A DNA stretch of 64,000 nucleotides from NCBI GenBank assembly GCA_001443005.1, contig LEKQ01000005.1, forward strand, positions 64,809 to 128,808, read 5' to 3'. A program made the translations under genes and the position numbers. Positions 1 to 8,560 of the stretch are shown one piece after another. Under the pieces are notes generated by a model, which made no database searches, was not told the origin of the DNA, and was given only the letters and a program-made list of their open reading frames with translations. Source of the stretch: a bacterium GBS-1 (GTDB taxonomy: Bacteria; Synergistota; GBS-1). Numbering within the stretch: position 1 is the stretch's first letter; each line of letters starts with the position of its first letter.

Positions 1-1
1 A

Positions 2-136
2 AACGCTCGTGATGACTTAACCAGCGAGACCATATCTGATGTTATGGATCTCATCGTCGCTAAGGATGTTTTTTACCCATCCTTGGTCTCCGCTCTTGAG
101 GCTCAGATTGAGGAAAGAACGGTGACGGAAATCTAA
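2..136 (+). CDS. DUF2922-family protein, 3' end (truncated by window edge)
   Basis: My frame-2 translation NARDDLTSETISDVMDLIVAKDVFYPSLVSALEAQIEERTVTEI* matches the DUF2922 C-terminal pattern (dLT.e.i..vMd.Ii.k.iF...A.i.er.vte). Not in the ORF track. Confidence 0.75.
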   Translation, partial: NARDDLTSETISDVMDLIVAKDVFYPSLVSALEAQIEERTVTEI

Positions 137-139
137 GGG

Positions 140-166
140 TTAGGGGGGGCAACCCCCCCTAAATTT
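140..166 (+). terminator. GC hairpin after DUF2922 gene
   Basis: TTAGGGGGGG-CAA-CCCCCCCTAA perfect stem followed by ATTT (weak U tract). Confidence 0.5.
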
Positions 167-184
167 CGAAGGGGGAGATGAAGC

Positions 185-619
185 GTGAATAAGCTTAGGG
201 TTTCCTTTTACTTTTCATTGAACGAATTTGAGTGCCCCTGTTGTAAGAGGGTTATGATCGATGAGAGATTGCTTGAGAAGCTTGAGGCTCTTAGGATACT
301 CTGGGGTAAGCCGCTCATTATAACGAGCGGATACCGTTGTGAGAGTTATAACAAGGAAATAGGAGGGGTTCCAAACTCCCTTCATATGAGAGGACAAGCT
401 GCTGATTTAGCTATTCCGGAAAGGGAGCAAGGAAGGTTCTTAACCTTATCTAAGCTTGTTGGGTTAAGGGTTATCCCTTACCCCTCGAGGAACTTCATCC
501 ATGTGGAGCTAGGGGGTGATGGAGATGGATATTTATCAGGTGGTTTCGAACCTAGGATTTCCGATAGTTCTAAGTTTCTATCTATTAACCAGGTTGGAGA
601 GGGAGATCAAAGAGCTTAA
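185..619 (+). CDS. Peptidase M15A (D-Ala-D-Ala metallopeptidase / endolysin-like)
   Basis: EFECPCC, ITSGYRC..YN, SLHMRGQAAD (SxHxxGxAxD) and FIHVE zinc ligands; no signal peptide. Confidence 0.85.
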   Translation: MNKLRVSFYFSLNEFECPCCKRVMIDERLLEKLEALRILWGKPLIITSGYRCESYNKEIGGVPNSLHMRGQAADLAIPEREQGRFLTLSKLVGLRVIPYPSRNFIHVELGGDGDGYLSGGFEPRISDSSKFLSINQVGEGDQRA

Positions 620-686
620 GGTGGCCATATACGATCTAAGCAGGGTGATAGAGGGAAGTTTTAAGTACGGTAATGCTGGGGGGTAA
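519..686 (+). CDS. YvrJ-family small membrane protein (55 aa; start may be ATG 525)
   Basis: MEMDIYQVVSNLGFPIVLSFYLLTRLEREIKELKVAIYDLSRVIEGSFKYGNAGG*; the N.GFPI....YLL.R.E motif is typical of YvrJ; GGGGGTG SD upstream; below the ORF-track size cutoff. Confidence 0.8.
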   Translation: MEMDIYQVVSNLGFPIVLSFYLLTRLEREIKELKVAIYDLSRVIEGSFKYGNAGG

Positions 687-691
687 GAATC

Positions 692-886
692 TTGGAAAGA
701 GTGATAAAGGATATCCTGATGAAGGAGTTTTTGATAGAGGTAGGAAGAAGAATCTTAAGCTTTTTAATTAAGGGGCTTAACTTAAGGGAGAGCATAGTAA
801 GGGATGTCTTGCTTGAGCTTCTTAATTCGCTTCCCAAGGAGGCCGTTAACCTTCCACGTGACTCAAGAGAGCTTGAATCGGCTTAA
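692..886 (+). CDS. Hypothetical small amphipathic-helix protein
   Basis: 64-aa ORF, GGGGGG SD, codon usage like its neighbours, followed by a terminator. Confidence 0.55.
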   Translation: MERVIKDILMKEFLIEVGRRILSFLIKGLNLRESIVRDVLLELLNSLPKEAVNLPRDSRELESA

Positions 887-905
887 GATTAAGACGGGAG
901 AAGGG

Positions 906-941
906 ATAGGGGAGGGCCTTAAGGTCCTCTCCTATTTTCTC
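906..941 (+). terminator. Rho-independent terminator of the small-gene cassette
   Basis: ATAGGGGAGGGCC-TTAA-GGTCCTCTCCTAT followed by TTTCT. Confidence 0.7.
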
Positions 942-1137
942 ACGCCTAACCATGAGGGAAGGATAGCTTATGTTCTGCTTTCTTTTCGGAAACGCTTCCC
1001 ATGGGCTTGCATGCTTCAAACGAAGTTTTCATATTGTTCCTAATATCTTTATACCCCCGGTTTCGGAGCCACCGATGAGGATTAGGACTTCATCGAGGGT
1101 GTCGCTATAAGGGGTTTTGTCAAAGGAATATAGACAG

Positions 1138-1166
1138 TTGCAAAATATGCTAGTTTGTTATAAGAT
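1138..1166 (+). promoter_or_regulatory. sigmaA-type promoter for TAXI-TRAP operon
   Basis: TTGCAA-17nt-TAAGAT, SD GGGGAGGTG before ATG 1201. Confidence 0.55.
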
Positions 1167-1200
1167 TAAAAGTAATACTTCGATGGGGAGGTGTTGATGT

Positions 1201-2217
1201 ATGCATAAATCGAAGTGGTTTTGGGTATTGGTTTTGGTTTTATCGCTCTGTTTGGGTGGGGTTGTCTATGGAGCTAGTGAGCTTAAGCCTGTCACACTAA
1301 CTTGGGTCGCTGGGGGTGTGGGTGGAGGATGGTACACCCAAGCGGGAGCTCTGGCTTCCTTGATCAATCAGAAGGAGCCTAATATAACGATTAAGGTCGT
1401 TCCCGGTGGAGGAGTAGTTAATCCGATGCGCGTGTCCTCAGGAGAAGCTGACCTCGGTTGGGGCATAACCTTCGTCGATAGGATGGCCTATCAGGGTCTT
1501 AAGCCCCTATACCAGGAGCCTTGTTCTAAGGTTAGAGCTTTAGGGGGATACTTCGGCTATTATCACATTCACTTCGTCGCTGATGCCCAAAGCGGTATAA
1601 CTACGGTTAAAGAGCTGGTTGACATGATTAAGGCGGGAAAGCCCATAAGGGTAGCCATACCGATGAAAGGCACTTCTGACCTACCTCTGCTTGAGAGGAT
1701 CTTGGCCTTCTACGGTGTAAGCCTCGAGGATATTAAGAAGGCTGGAGGAGAGTACTTCCACGCGGTTTACGCTGACATGGTGAGCTTGTATAAGGATCGT
1801 CACGTGGACTTCGTTGTGACTCACCTCTCCCTTCCTGCTGCAGCTGTTACCGAGATGTTCGTTTCAAGAAGCTCCGTTCTTCTGGCCGTTTCTAACGAGT
1901 GTATAGATGCGATAAGCAAGGAACTTGGGACCGTTCCTCGCGAAAGTGGGCTCTGCGTCATCCCCGCTGGAACTTACAAGGGTCAGGATAAGGATGTGCC
2001 AGCTGTGGCAACCGCCGGAGAGCTTTTGGTTAGAGCAGACCTTGCCGATGATGTGGTTTATGCCATCACCAAGATACTATGTGAGAATATAGAGGAGGTT
2101 TATAAGGCTCACCCCGCTAATAAAACTTTTGATCCTAAGATTGGCTGGAAAAATATAGCGGTTCCGCTTCACCCCGGAGCGGAGAGGTATTACAGGGAAA
2201 AGGGGTACATGAAGTAA
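1201..2217 (+). CDS. TAXI-family TRAP transporter solute-binding protein
   Basis: Signal peptide, GGVGGGWY, PGGGVVN, C-terminal PLHPGAERYYREKG. Confidence 0.9.
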   Translation: MHKSKWFWVLVLVLSLCLGGVVYGASELKPVTLTWVAGGVGGGWYTQAGALASLINQKEPNITIKVVPGGGVVNPMRVSSGEADLGWGITFVDRMAYQGLKPLYQEPCSKVRALGGYFGYYHIHFVADAQSGITTVKELVDMIKAGKPIRVAIPMKGTSDLPLLERILAFYGVSLEDIKKAGGEYFHAVYADMVSLYKDRHVDFVVTHLSLPAAAVTEMFVSRSSVLLAVSNECIDAISKELGTVPRESGLCVIPAGTYKGQDKDVPAVATAGELLVRADLADDVVYAITKILCENIEEVYKAHPANKTFDPKIGWKNIAVPLHPGAERYYREKGYMK

Positions 2218-2229
2218 GGGGTTGAGCCT

Positions 2230-4128
2230 TTGGTGAGAAACCTATCGGGTTGGCAGAGGTATTTGGTGGGCGCGTGGCTTACGGCCACCGCCCTCTTTCA
2301 TCTCTATACTGCTACCGTTGGCGTTCTTCAGCCGAGGCTTCAGAGAGGAGCCCATCTGCTTTTGCTCCTACCGTTAGCCTTTTTGCTCTATCCTGCGACT
2401 AAGAGATCACCTACCGATAGATTCACCCTGCTTGATTCCATCTTGGCTCTTCTCTCGCTATTTCCCCCCCTTTACCTGATGATGTTCAACGATGTGCTGA
2501 ACGTTAGGTTTGAGTTCGTTGACCCTCTTACTCCGACGCAGATCATCTTAGGTCTGATTAATATAGCCTTGCTTCTTGAAGCTATAAGGCGCGCCGTTGT
2601 CCCGGCCATGGCAGCTCTTCTTCTTTTCCTGATGGGCTATCTATATGTGGCTCCGTTTCTCTCGGGCGTTTTTTACAGCAAGCCCATATCCTTGGGCAAG
2701 TTCGTTGAGATGTTTTACCTTATAACCGATAGCGGTATTTACGGCGCCATAACGGGGATATCTGCTACCGTTGTGGCTCTCTTCGTTATTCTGGGGGCTT
2801 TTTTGGAATTTACGAAGGTTGGGGACTATCTAACTAAGATTGCCGCTCGAATAGCTGGTAGAGGACCAGGTGGACCGGCTAAGATAGCGGTTTTGGCTAG
2901 CGGGCTTTTTGGCACCATAAGCGGCGTGGCTGCGAGCAACGTTTACGCTACAGGAAGCTTTACGATACCCATGATGAAAAAGTTGGGCTATAAACCGGAG
3001 TTCGCTGGTGCTGTTGAGGCGGTTGCCTCAACTGGTGGCATATTCATGCCTCCAGTTATGGGAGCTGCGGCCTTCGTCATGTCTGAGCTGACGAACATAC
3101 CTTATATAGAGATATGCGCTGCGGCCCTTTTAGGGGCTGTGTTTTATTACGTTGCTTTAGGCTTCACCGTGCACTATGTTGCCTTGCGAGATGGGCTTAA
3201 GGGCATGAGGGAGGATGAGCTTCCAACGCGGAGGGAACTAATTCGTGACCTTTACCTTGTTGCACCAGCCATGGGATTGGTTTACTTTCTCGTTAAGGGT
3301 TATTCTCCCTTCATGGCCGCCTACTACTCCATATGGATCTCGATAGCTATAAGTTTCTTCAAGAGGGAGACGATGATGACGCCTACGAGGCTCTTTCAAG
3401 CCCTTCAACACGGTGCAAGTAACATGGTAATAGTTGCTTTGGCCTGCGCTGGGGCGGGTATTGTCGTTAGCGTCTTAACGCATACGGGGCTTGGACTTGG
3501 CTTCGCTTCCATTATAGCTACTTTGTCTAAGGGGAATCTCCTTTTAGCTTTGATTTTGGTTATGATAGTTTGTCTTATCCTGGGGATGGGATTGCCTACA
3601 ACGCCAGCCTACGTTATAGCCGTTACGATAGCAGCTCCAGCCCTTCTTAAGATGGATGTCGATCTCCTTAAATCTCATATGTTCGCCCTTTATTTTGCCA
3701 AGCTTTCTGAGGTTACGCCTCCCGTATGTGTGGCTTCCTACTGTGCAGCTTCGATCGCCGGCACGGATCCGATGAAGGTTGGTTTCGTTAGCTGGAGGCT
3801 TGCCCTCACGGGGTATCTTGTAGGTTACATCTTCATCTATAATGATGCCCTCTTGCTGAGAGGTTCTATAGGCGAGATCCTTACGATAATAGTCTTGATG
3901 AGTACCATATCGATAGCCCTTTCGGTTGGAGTTTCCGGTTATTTTAATAGGAAGCTTAAACCTTACGAGAAATTGATCGCCTTTTTGGTTGTAGCTTTTA
4001 TGGTTTTGGCTTCGGTTTATCCAGGTTTTCCGAGAGAGATCTTCGCTATAGGTATAGCGATCTTGGGGGTAGCTTACCTTATATTGACTCGCTTTTTGTT
4101 GAAGAAGGAGCCATCGAGGGCTCTTTAA
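2230..4128 (+). CDS. TRAP transporter fused 4TM/12TM permease (TAXI type)
   Basis: GGPAKIAVLASGLFGTISG, EAVASTGGIFMPPVMGAAAF, LGMGLPTTPAY, VTPPVC. Confidence 0.92.
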   Translation: MVRNLSGWQRYLVGAWLTATALFHLYTATVGVLQPRLQRGAHLLLLLPLAFLLYPATKRSPTDRFTLLDSILALLSLFPPLYLMMFNDVLNVRFEFVDPLTPTQIILGLINIALLLEAIRRAVVPAMAALLLFLMGYLYVAPFLSGVFYSKPISLGKFVEMFYLITDSGIYGAITGISATVVALFVILGAFLEFTKVGDYLTKIAARIAGRGPGGPAKIAVLASGLFGTISGVAASNVYATGSFTIPMMKKLGYKPEFAGAVEAVASTGGIFMPPVMGAAAFVMSELTNIPYIEICAAALLGAVFYYVALGFTVHYVALRDGLKGMREDELPTRRELIRDLYLVAPAMGLVYFLVKGYSPFMAAYYSIWISIAISFFKRETMMTPTRLFQALQHGASNMVIVALACAGAGIVVSVLTHTGLGLGFASIIATLSKGNLLLALILVMIVCLILGMGLPTTPAYVIAVTIAAPALLKMDVDLLKSHMFALYFAKLSEVTPPVCVASYCAASIAGTDPMKVGFVSWRLALTGYLVGYIFIYNDALLLRGSIGEILTIIVLMSTISIALSVGVSGYFNRKLKPYEKLIAFLVVAFMVLASVYPGFPREIFAIGIAILGVAYLILTRFLLKKEPSRAL

Positions 4129-4221
4129 GGTTGGGAGACACGAGCTTAGAAAGAAGTTAGCTCAGGAGCTTAAGGAGGGGCATGAGCTTTGCGATCTCAT
4201 TAACGGAAGGGTGAGAAAAGA

Positions 4222-5367
4222 TTGGGTGCTTACGACATAATCATAATTGGTGGAGGGGTTATCGGATGCTCGATAGCTTATCACCTTTCTCTTTTTAACA
4301 GGTTTAAGATCTTGCTTATAGAGAGAAATGGTATAGCTGGAGGTGCCTCAGGTTCATGCGATGGGATTCTATCCCTGCTTTCTAAAAAAGGGGGGATTCA
4401 GCTTGAGCTCGCTATGGAGAGCATGCTGATTCTTGATAACCTCTCTAAGAGCTTTCCTTTAGATGTGGAGTTTAGAAAAATACCCGGGATGATAATAATA
4501 GAGGATGAAAGATATATACCCTTTATGGAGAAGTTCGTCAGCGAGCAGAGGAGGACCACTAACCTTAGAATAGATTTCCTAAGCGCAAAGGAGACAAGGG
4601 GATTAGAACCCCTTCTCTCCGATAGGGTGGTGGGAGCAGTTCGCTCCACCGATAACGGTCAGATAAACCCGATTCGCTTAACCTATGCTTTCTTTGAATC
4701 TGCTTCGTCTAAAGGGGTTGAAGTTAGAAAGGGTGAGGAGGTCCTTAGGATAGAAAGGATTCCTTCAGGTTTTAGGGTTGAGACTTCCTGTGGGAGGTAT
4801 GAGGCAGGGTTAGTTGTGCTTTCTGCAGGTTCCTGGTCTCCGCTACTTTCCGAATCCCTATGCCTGAACCTTCCCATTAAGCCGAGAAGAGGGCAGATAA
4901 TCGTCACGGAGCCGATCGAGAGGGCTTTAAATCACACGGTGCTCTCAAGCAAATATATAGTTGCGAAGTATAACGTTGAAACCGGTAAAGGGGAGGGTTT
5001 AGCCTTAGAGCAGACACACCATGGCAACTTTCTCATAGGTGCTACAAGGGAGTTCGTGGGATATGATAGAAGGGTTACATCCTCAGCCTTAAAAAGGTTA
5101 GCTAAAACGGCGGTTGAGGCTTTTCCGTTTCTTAAGGAGCTTAGGGTAGTTAGAAGCTTCGCTGGCTTAAGGCCCTGGACGCCTGATGGGCTACCGATAA
5201 TAGATATTATCGATGGTTTAATCCTCGCTTGTGGACATGAAGGTGATGGAATATGCCTATCTGCCATAACGGGGAAGCTCGTGAGCGAGCTCGTCCTCTA
5301 TGGGAGAGCATCCTTCGATATCTCTTCCCTTTCTCTTAAAAGGTTTAAAACCTCTTCAGCTTTGTAG
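4222..5367 (+). CDS. FAD-dependent oxidoreductase, DAO / glycine-sarcosine oxidase beta family
   Basis: IIIGGGVIG Rossmann motif, GASG, PRRGQI, FAGLRPWTPDGLPII, GHEGDGI. Confidence 0.85.
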   Translation: MGAYDIIIIGGGVIGCSIAYHLSLFNRFKILLIERNGIAGGASGSCDGILSLLSKKGGIQLELAMESMLILDNLSKSFPLDVEFRKIPGMIIIEDERYIPFMEKFVSEQRRTTNLRIDFLSAKETRGLEPLLSDRVVGAVRSTDNGQINPIRLTYAFFESASSKGVEVRKGEEVLRIERIPSGFRVETSCGRYEAGLVVLSAGSWSPLLSESLCLNLPIKPRRGQIIVTEPIERALNHTVLSSKYIVAKYNVETGKGEGLALEQTHHGNFLIGATREFVGYDRRVTSSALKRLAKTAVEAFPFLKELRVVRSFAGLRPWTPDGLPIIDIIDGLILACGHEGDGICLSAITGKLVSELVLYGRASFDISSLSLKRFKTSSAL

Positions 5368-6179
5368 GAGCTTCTAACTAAGGGTGAGGAGAAGGCCAGC
5401 TTGAATCCCATCGATAGGGCTATCTCCTCATATTTCTTAAACTCCTCTGGAGATAGAAACCTTTCAACGGGGAGGTTTAAACTTGTCGGTTGTAGGTATT
5501 GTCCTATGGTTATTATGTCGCAGTTAACCTCCCTTAAATCTCTCATTAGCTCGATAACCTCTTCCTGTGTTTCCCCAAGCCCAACCATTATCCCAGACTT
5601 GGTTATGATCGAGGGGTCTGACTCCTTGACCTTCTTTAAGATCCCGAGGGATCTATTGTAGTCTGCGAGTGGTCTCACCTTGGGGTATAGCCTCCTTACG
5701 GTCTCAAGATTATGGTTTATAACTGTAGGATGGGCGCTAACTACCTTGGCTAAGGCTTCCTCGCTCCCCTTAAAGTCGGGTATAAGAACCTCTATACCCT
5801 TAACGCTCTCTATCTTTTTCACCTCTTTTATCGTCCTTTCAAAAAGGTTCGCTCCTCCATCCTCAAGGTCATCTCGGGTTACTGAAGTTATGACGACGTA
5901 TTTCAGATTGAACCTCTTTACCGCTTCAGCTATCCTAAGTGGTTCGTCCTCATCTGGAGGAAGAGGATTCCCCTTCTTTACTGCGCAGAAGGAGCAGTTC
6001 CTTGTGCATATATCTCCAAGGATCAAGAATGTTGCGGTGCCACGTGAGAAACACTCTCCTACATTTGGGCATCGCGCTTCCTCGCAGACAGTGTGAAGTC
6101 CACACCCTCTTAAGATTTTCTTTGTCTCCTTGAAGTTACCCTTGGGAAGCCTTGCTCTTATCCATGGAGGCTTTCTCAT
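5298..6179 (-). CDS. lipA: Lipoyl synthase (start revised to ATG 6179)
   Basis: RKPPWIR, CEEARCPNVGEC (CX4CX5C), CTRNCSFC radical SAM motif, SPLVRSSY. Confidence 0.95.
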   Translation of the reverse strand: MRKPPWIRARLPKGNFKETKKILRGCGLHTVCEEARCPNVGECFSRGTATFLILGDICTRNCSFCAVKKGNPLPPDEDEPLRIAEAVKRFNLKYVVITSVTRDDLEDGGANLFERTIKEVKKIESVKGIEVLIPDFKGSEEALAKVVSAHPTVINHNLETVRRLYPKVRPLADYNRSLGILKKVKESDPSIITKSGIMVGLGETQEEVIELMRDLREVNCDIITIGQYLQPTSLNLPVERFLSPEEFKKYEEIALSMGFKLAFSSPLVRSSYKAEEVLNLLREREEISKDALP

Positions 6180-6196
6180 AGCTTTAATTATAGCAG

Positions 6197-6230
6197 AAGA
6201 AGAGAGTGGGGGACTCCCCACCCCCTTCTT
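6197..6230 (-). terminator. Hairpin terminator after dctP
   Basis: Minus strand AAGAAGGGGGTGGGG-AGTC-CCCCACTCTCTTCTT. Confidence 0.55.
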
Positions 6231-6237
6231 TAAGCTT

Positions 6238-7242
6238 TCACTTCGTTGCTAGCTCTATGAACTTTCTCCCGATATCCTCTCCGACCTTCTTGACCCAGCT
6301 TTCCCACGTGGGTTTGCATATCTCCCTAAATTGGTTGATCACCTCAGCGGTGGGCTCTATGATCTCTACTCCTTTTGCCTTTATCTTTGGCCAGACCTCC
6401 CGCTCGAATACCTCCTCGCCGTGCTCTAAATGACGATAGTCATATCTGTAGGCTGCAAGGAGGATAACGCGTCTTACGCTTTCAGGAAGCTTATCCCAGG
6501 TTTCCTTCTTGATGTATATGCCTCTACCGTAGGCACTTATGGGTATCTTGGTACAGTATTTTAGGACCTCATGGAGCGATCTTCCTCCGATCGTTCCAGG
6601 ATAGGCCACTATGCCGTCTATGGTTCCCCTCTGAAGCGCTTCGTAGAGCTCTCCCGATGCCATGAAGACGGGTGATGCTCCCAGTGCCTTGATCGCTTCA
6701 GCTTCGGCTTCTCCTCCTACTCTTATTATCAACCCCTTGAGGTCCTCAGGCTTTCTCACTGGTTTCTTTGATGTCCATATGTACTGAGATGGTATAGCGC
6801 CATAGGCCAGGAAGACTACCCCGTGCTTCTCAAGCATGACCTTCTGCATTAGGTTGAAGAGAGGTTGTCCTATCATTAGACGTATCTTGATATCCTTATC
6901 GCTTGAGAATAAGAAAGGTAAGGATGGACCTCCCATTATGGGCCAGCTTCCGGTCGTATGAGATGTGGTGTGGAATATCATGTCGGCAGTTCCGGCTTCA
7001 AGGCCAGGGATAAGCTCAGCCACCTTAAGGAGCTTCTCCGAGTGATAAAACTCAGCCTTGACCTTACCTTCGCCTGCTACGTTTATATCCTCAACGAAGA
7101 GCTCCTCCGGTGGCAGTAAGTCCTTATACCCTGGAGTAGCATGGGATGCGATCTTCAGTGTTATAATTTGAGCCATGGTTAAACCCGAAATCGCTAGGAT
7201 GGCTAGGATCGTTAGGATGCTTATTAAGACCCTTTTCTTCAC
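6238..7242 (-). CDS. dctP: TRAP transporter substrate-binding protein (DctP family)
   Basis: Signal peptide, KPVRKPEDLKGLIIRV (conserved Arg), ELYEALQRGTIDG. Confidence 0.9.
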   Translation of the reverse strand: MKKRVLISILTILAILAISGLTMAQIITLKIASHATPGYKDLLPPEELFVEDINVAGEGKVKAEFYHSEKLLKVAELIPGLEAGTADMIFHTTSHTTGSWPIMGGPSLPFLFSSDKDIKIRLMIGQPLFNLMQKVMLEKHGVVFLAYGAIPSQYIWTSKKPVRKPEDLKGLIIRVGGEAEAEAIKALGASPVFMASGELYEALQRGTIDGIVAYPGTIGGRSLHEVLKYCTKIPISAYGRGIYIKKETWDKLPESVRRVILLAAYRYDYRHLEHGEEVFEREVWPKIKAKGVEIIEPTAEVINQFREICKPTWESWVKKVGEDIGRKFIELATK

Positions 7243-7258
7243 CTTCTTTCACCTCCTT

Positions 7259-8560
7259 TCATCTCATCGTGCTTGGTAACCAGAGCGCGAGGGACGGGGC
7301 AAAGACGAAGAGCAAAAGACATAGTGTATCTACGACTATATAGGGGGCTGTCCCTCTTATTATCTCATCTATCGTCAGGTCCTCAGCGATGCTCTTTAGG
7401 GTGTAGAGGTTCAATCCCACGGGTGGAGTTATAACGGCTATCTCGACGTTCAATACCATGAGTATTCCAAACCAAAGGGGGTCAAACCCCAAAGCCTTAA
7501 CGGCTGGTAGCATTATCGGCGTAGTTACTATGATTAGCGATGCTCCGTCTATTATGCACCCCAAAAGTATAAGAACTCCCATGAATATTAATATCACGAC
7601 TATGCCAGGGAGCTCTAATCTGGTTGCCCATTCGGCCACCCTTTCGGGAACCCTAACCAAGTTTAAGAATTGACTAAAGGCGAAGGCGCAAGCAAGAATT
7701 ATAAGTAGGGATGCGCTTATTCTGGTTGAGTTGGACAGGGCGCGTACGAAGCTCTTCCAGTTTATGGTCTTGTAGAAGATCGTTATAGCTAAGGATCCAG
7801 CTACTCCTATGGCTGCTGCTTCCGTTGGCGTCGCTATCCCAGTGTATATGGAGCCCAAGACGAAGAGTATTAGTATTAGAACTACCCATAGCCTTCGTAG
7901 GGAGGCTATCTTTTCTCTCCAGCTGACGTGGAGAAACTCGCGTGGGGCAAGCTTTGGGTTTAAGAGGACCCTGAAAAAGACGTAAAGGGCCATCATCGTG
8001 GCAAGTATTATGCCTGGTATTATTCCACCTATGAAGAGCTTAGCCACTGACTCACCGGATAGCGAACCGTAGATTATGAAGGATATGCTTGGAGGTATAA
8101 GTACCGCTAAGGCTCCCGCTGCTGCCACTGCTCCTGCTGCGATCTTTTTGTCGTATCCTCTCCTTAGCATCTCTGGTATCGCCATGGTGCCTATGGCTGC
8201 CACTCCCGCTATGCTCACTCCACACATGGCTCCAAATAAGGCGCACGAGTATATCGTAGCTATGGCTAAACCTCCCGGAATCCTGTTCAACCACTTGCTG
8301 AAGGCGTTGTAAATATCCCTTCCTATTCCGCTTATGAATATAAGCTCACCCATAAGAACGTAAAGCGGGATGGCCACAAGTAGGAAGCTGTTTACCTGGG
8401 AGATTATCGATGCTGGAAGCTGAAAGAGCCCCTTACTTCCGCTCATCAGGTATATTCCTACAGCTCCAGCTAACCCCAATGATATGAATATGGGCGTTCC
8501 AATGGCCATTAAAGCGAGGAGAATTATAAGCGCTATTACTGTTACTACATCTGCGCTCAT
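7259..8560 (-). CDS. dctM: TRAP transporter large permease
   Basis: LVAIPLY, LIPPS, GIATPTEAAA, ITPPVGLNLY. Confidence 0.93.
   Translation of the reverse strand: MSADVVTVIALIILLALMAIGTPIFISLGLAGAVGIYLMSGSKGLFQLPASIISQVNSFLLVAIPLYVLMGELIFISGIGRDIYNAFSKWLNRIPGGLAIATIYSCALFGAMCGVSIAGVAAIGTMAIPEMLRRGYDKKIAAGAVAAAGALAVLIPPSISFIIYGSLSGESVAKLFIGGIIPGIILATMMALYVFFRVLLNPKLAPREFLHVSWREKIASLRRLWVVLILILFVLGSIYTGIATPTEAAAIGVAGSLAITIFYKTINWKSFVRALSNSTRISASLLIILACAFAFSQFLNLVRVPERVAEWATRLELPGIVVILIFMGVLILLGCIIDGASLIIVTTPIMLPAVKALGFDPLWFGILMVLNVEIAVITPPVGLNLYTLKSIAEDLTIDEIIRGTAPYIVVDTLCLLLFVFAPSLALWLPSTMR

Noticed and set aside
804..1043. 79-aa + strand ORF
   Set aside because: Overlaps 692-886 out of frame, runs through the terminator at 906-941, no SD or motif
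1059..1097. Hammerhead-like words on the minus strand (CGATGA...CGAAAC)
   Set aside because: Core reads CUCGAUGA rather than CUGAUGA and I could not form stems I-III
6180..6221. N-terminal extension of LipA in the ORF track
   Set aside because: Lies in the dctP terminator and lipA promoter; homology starts at MRKPPW
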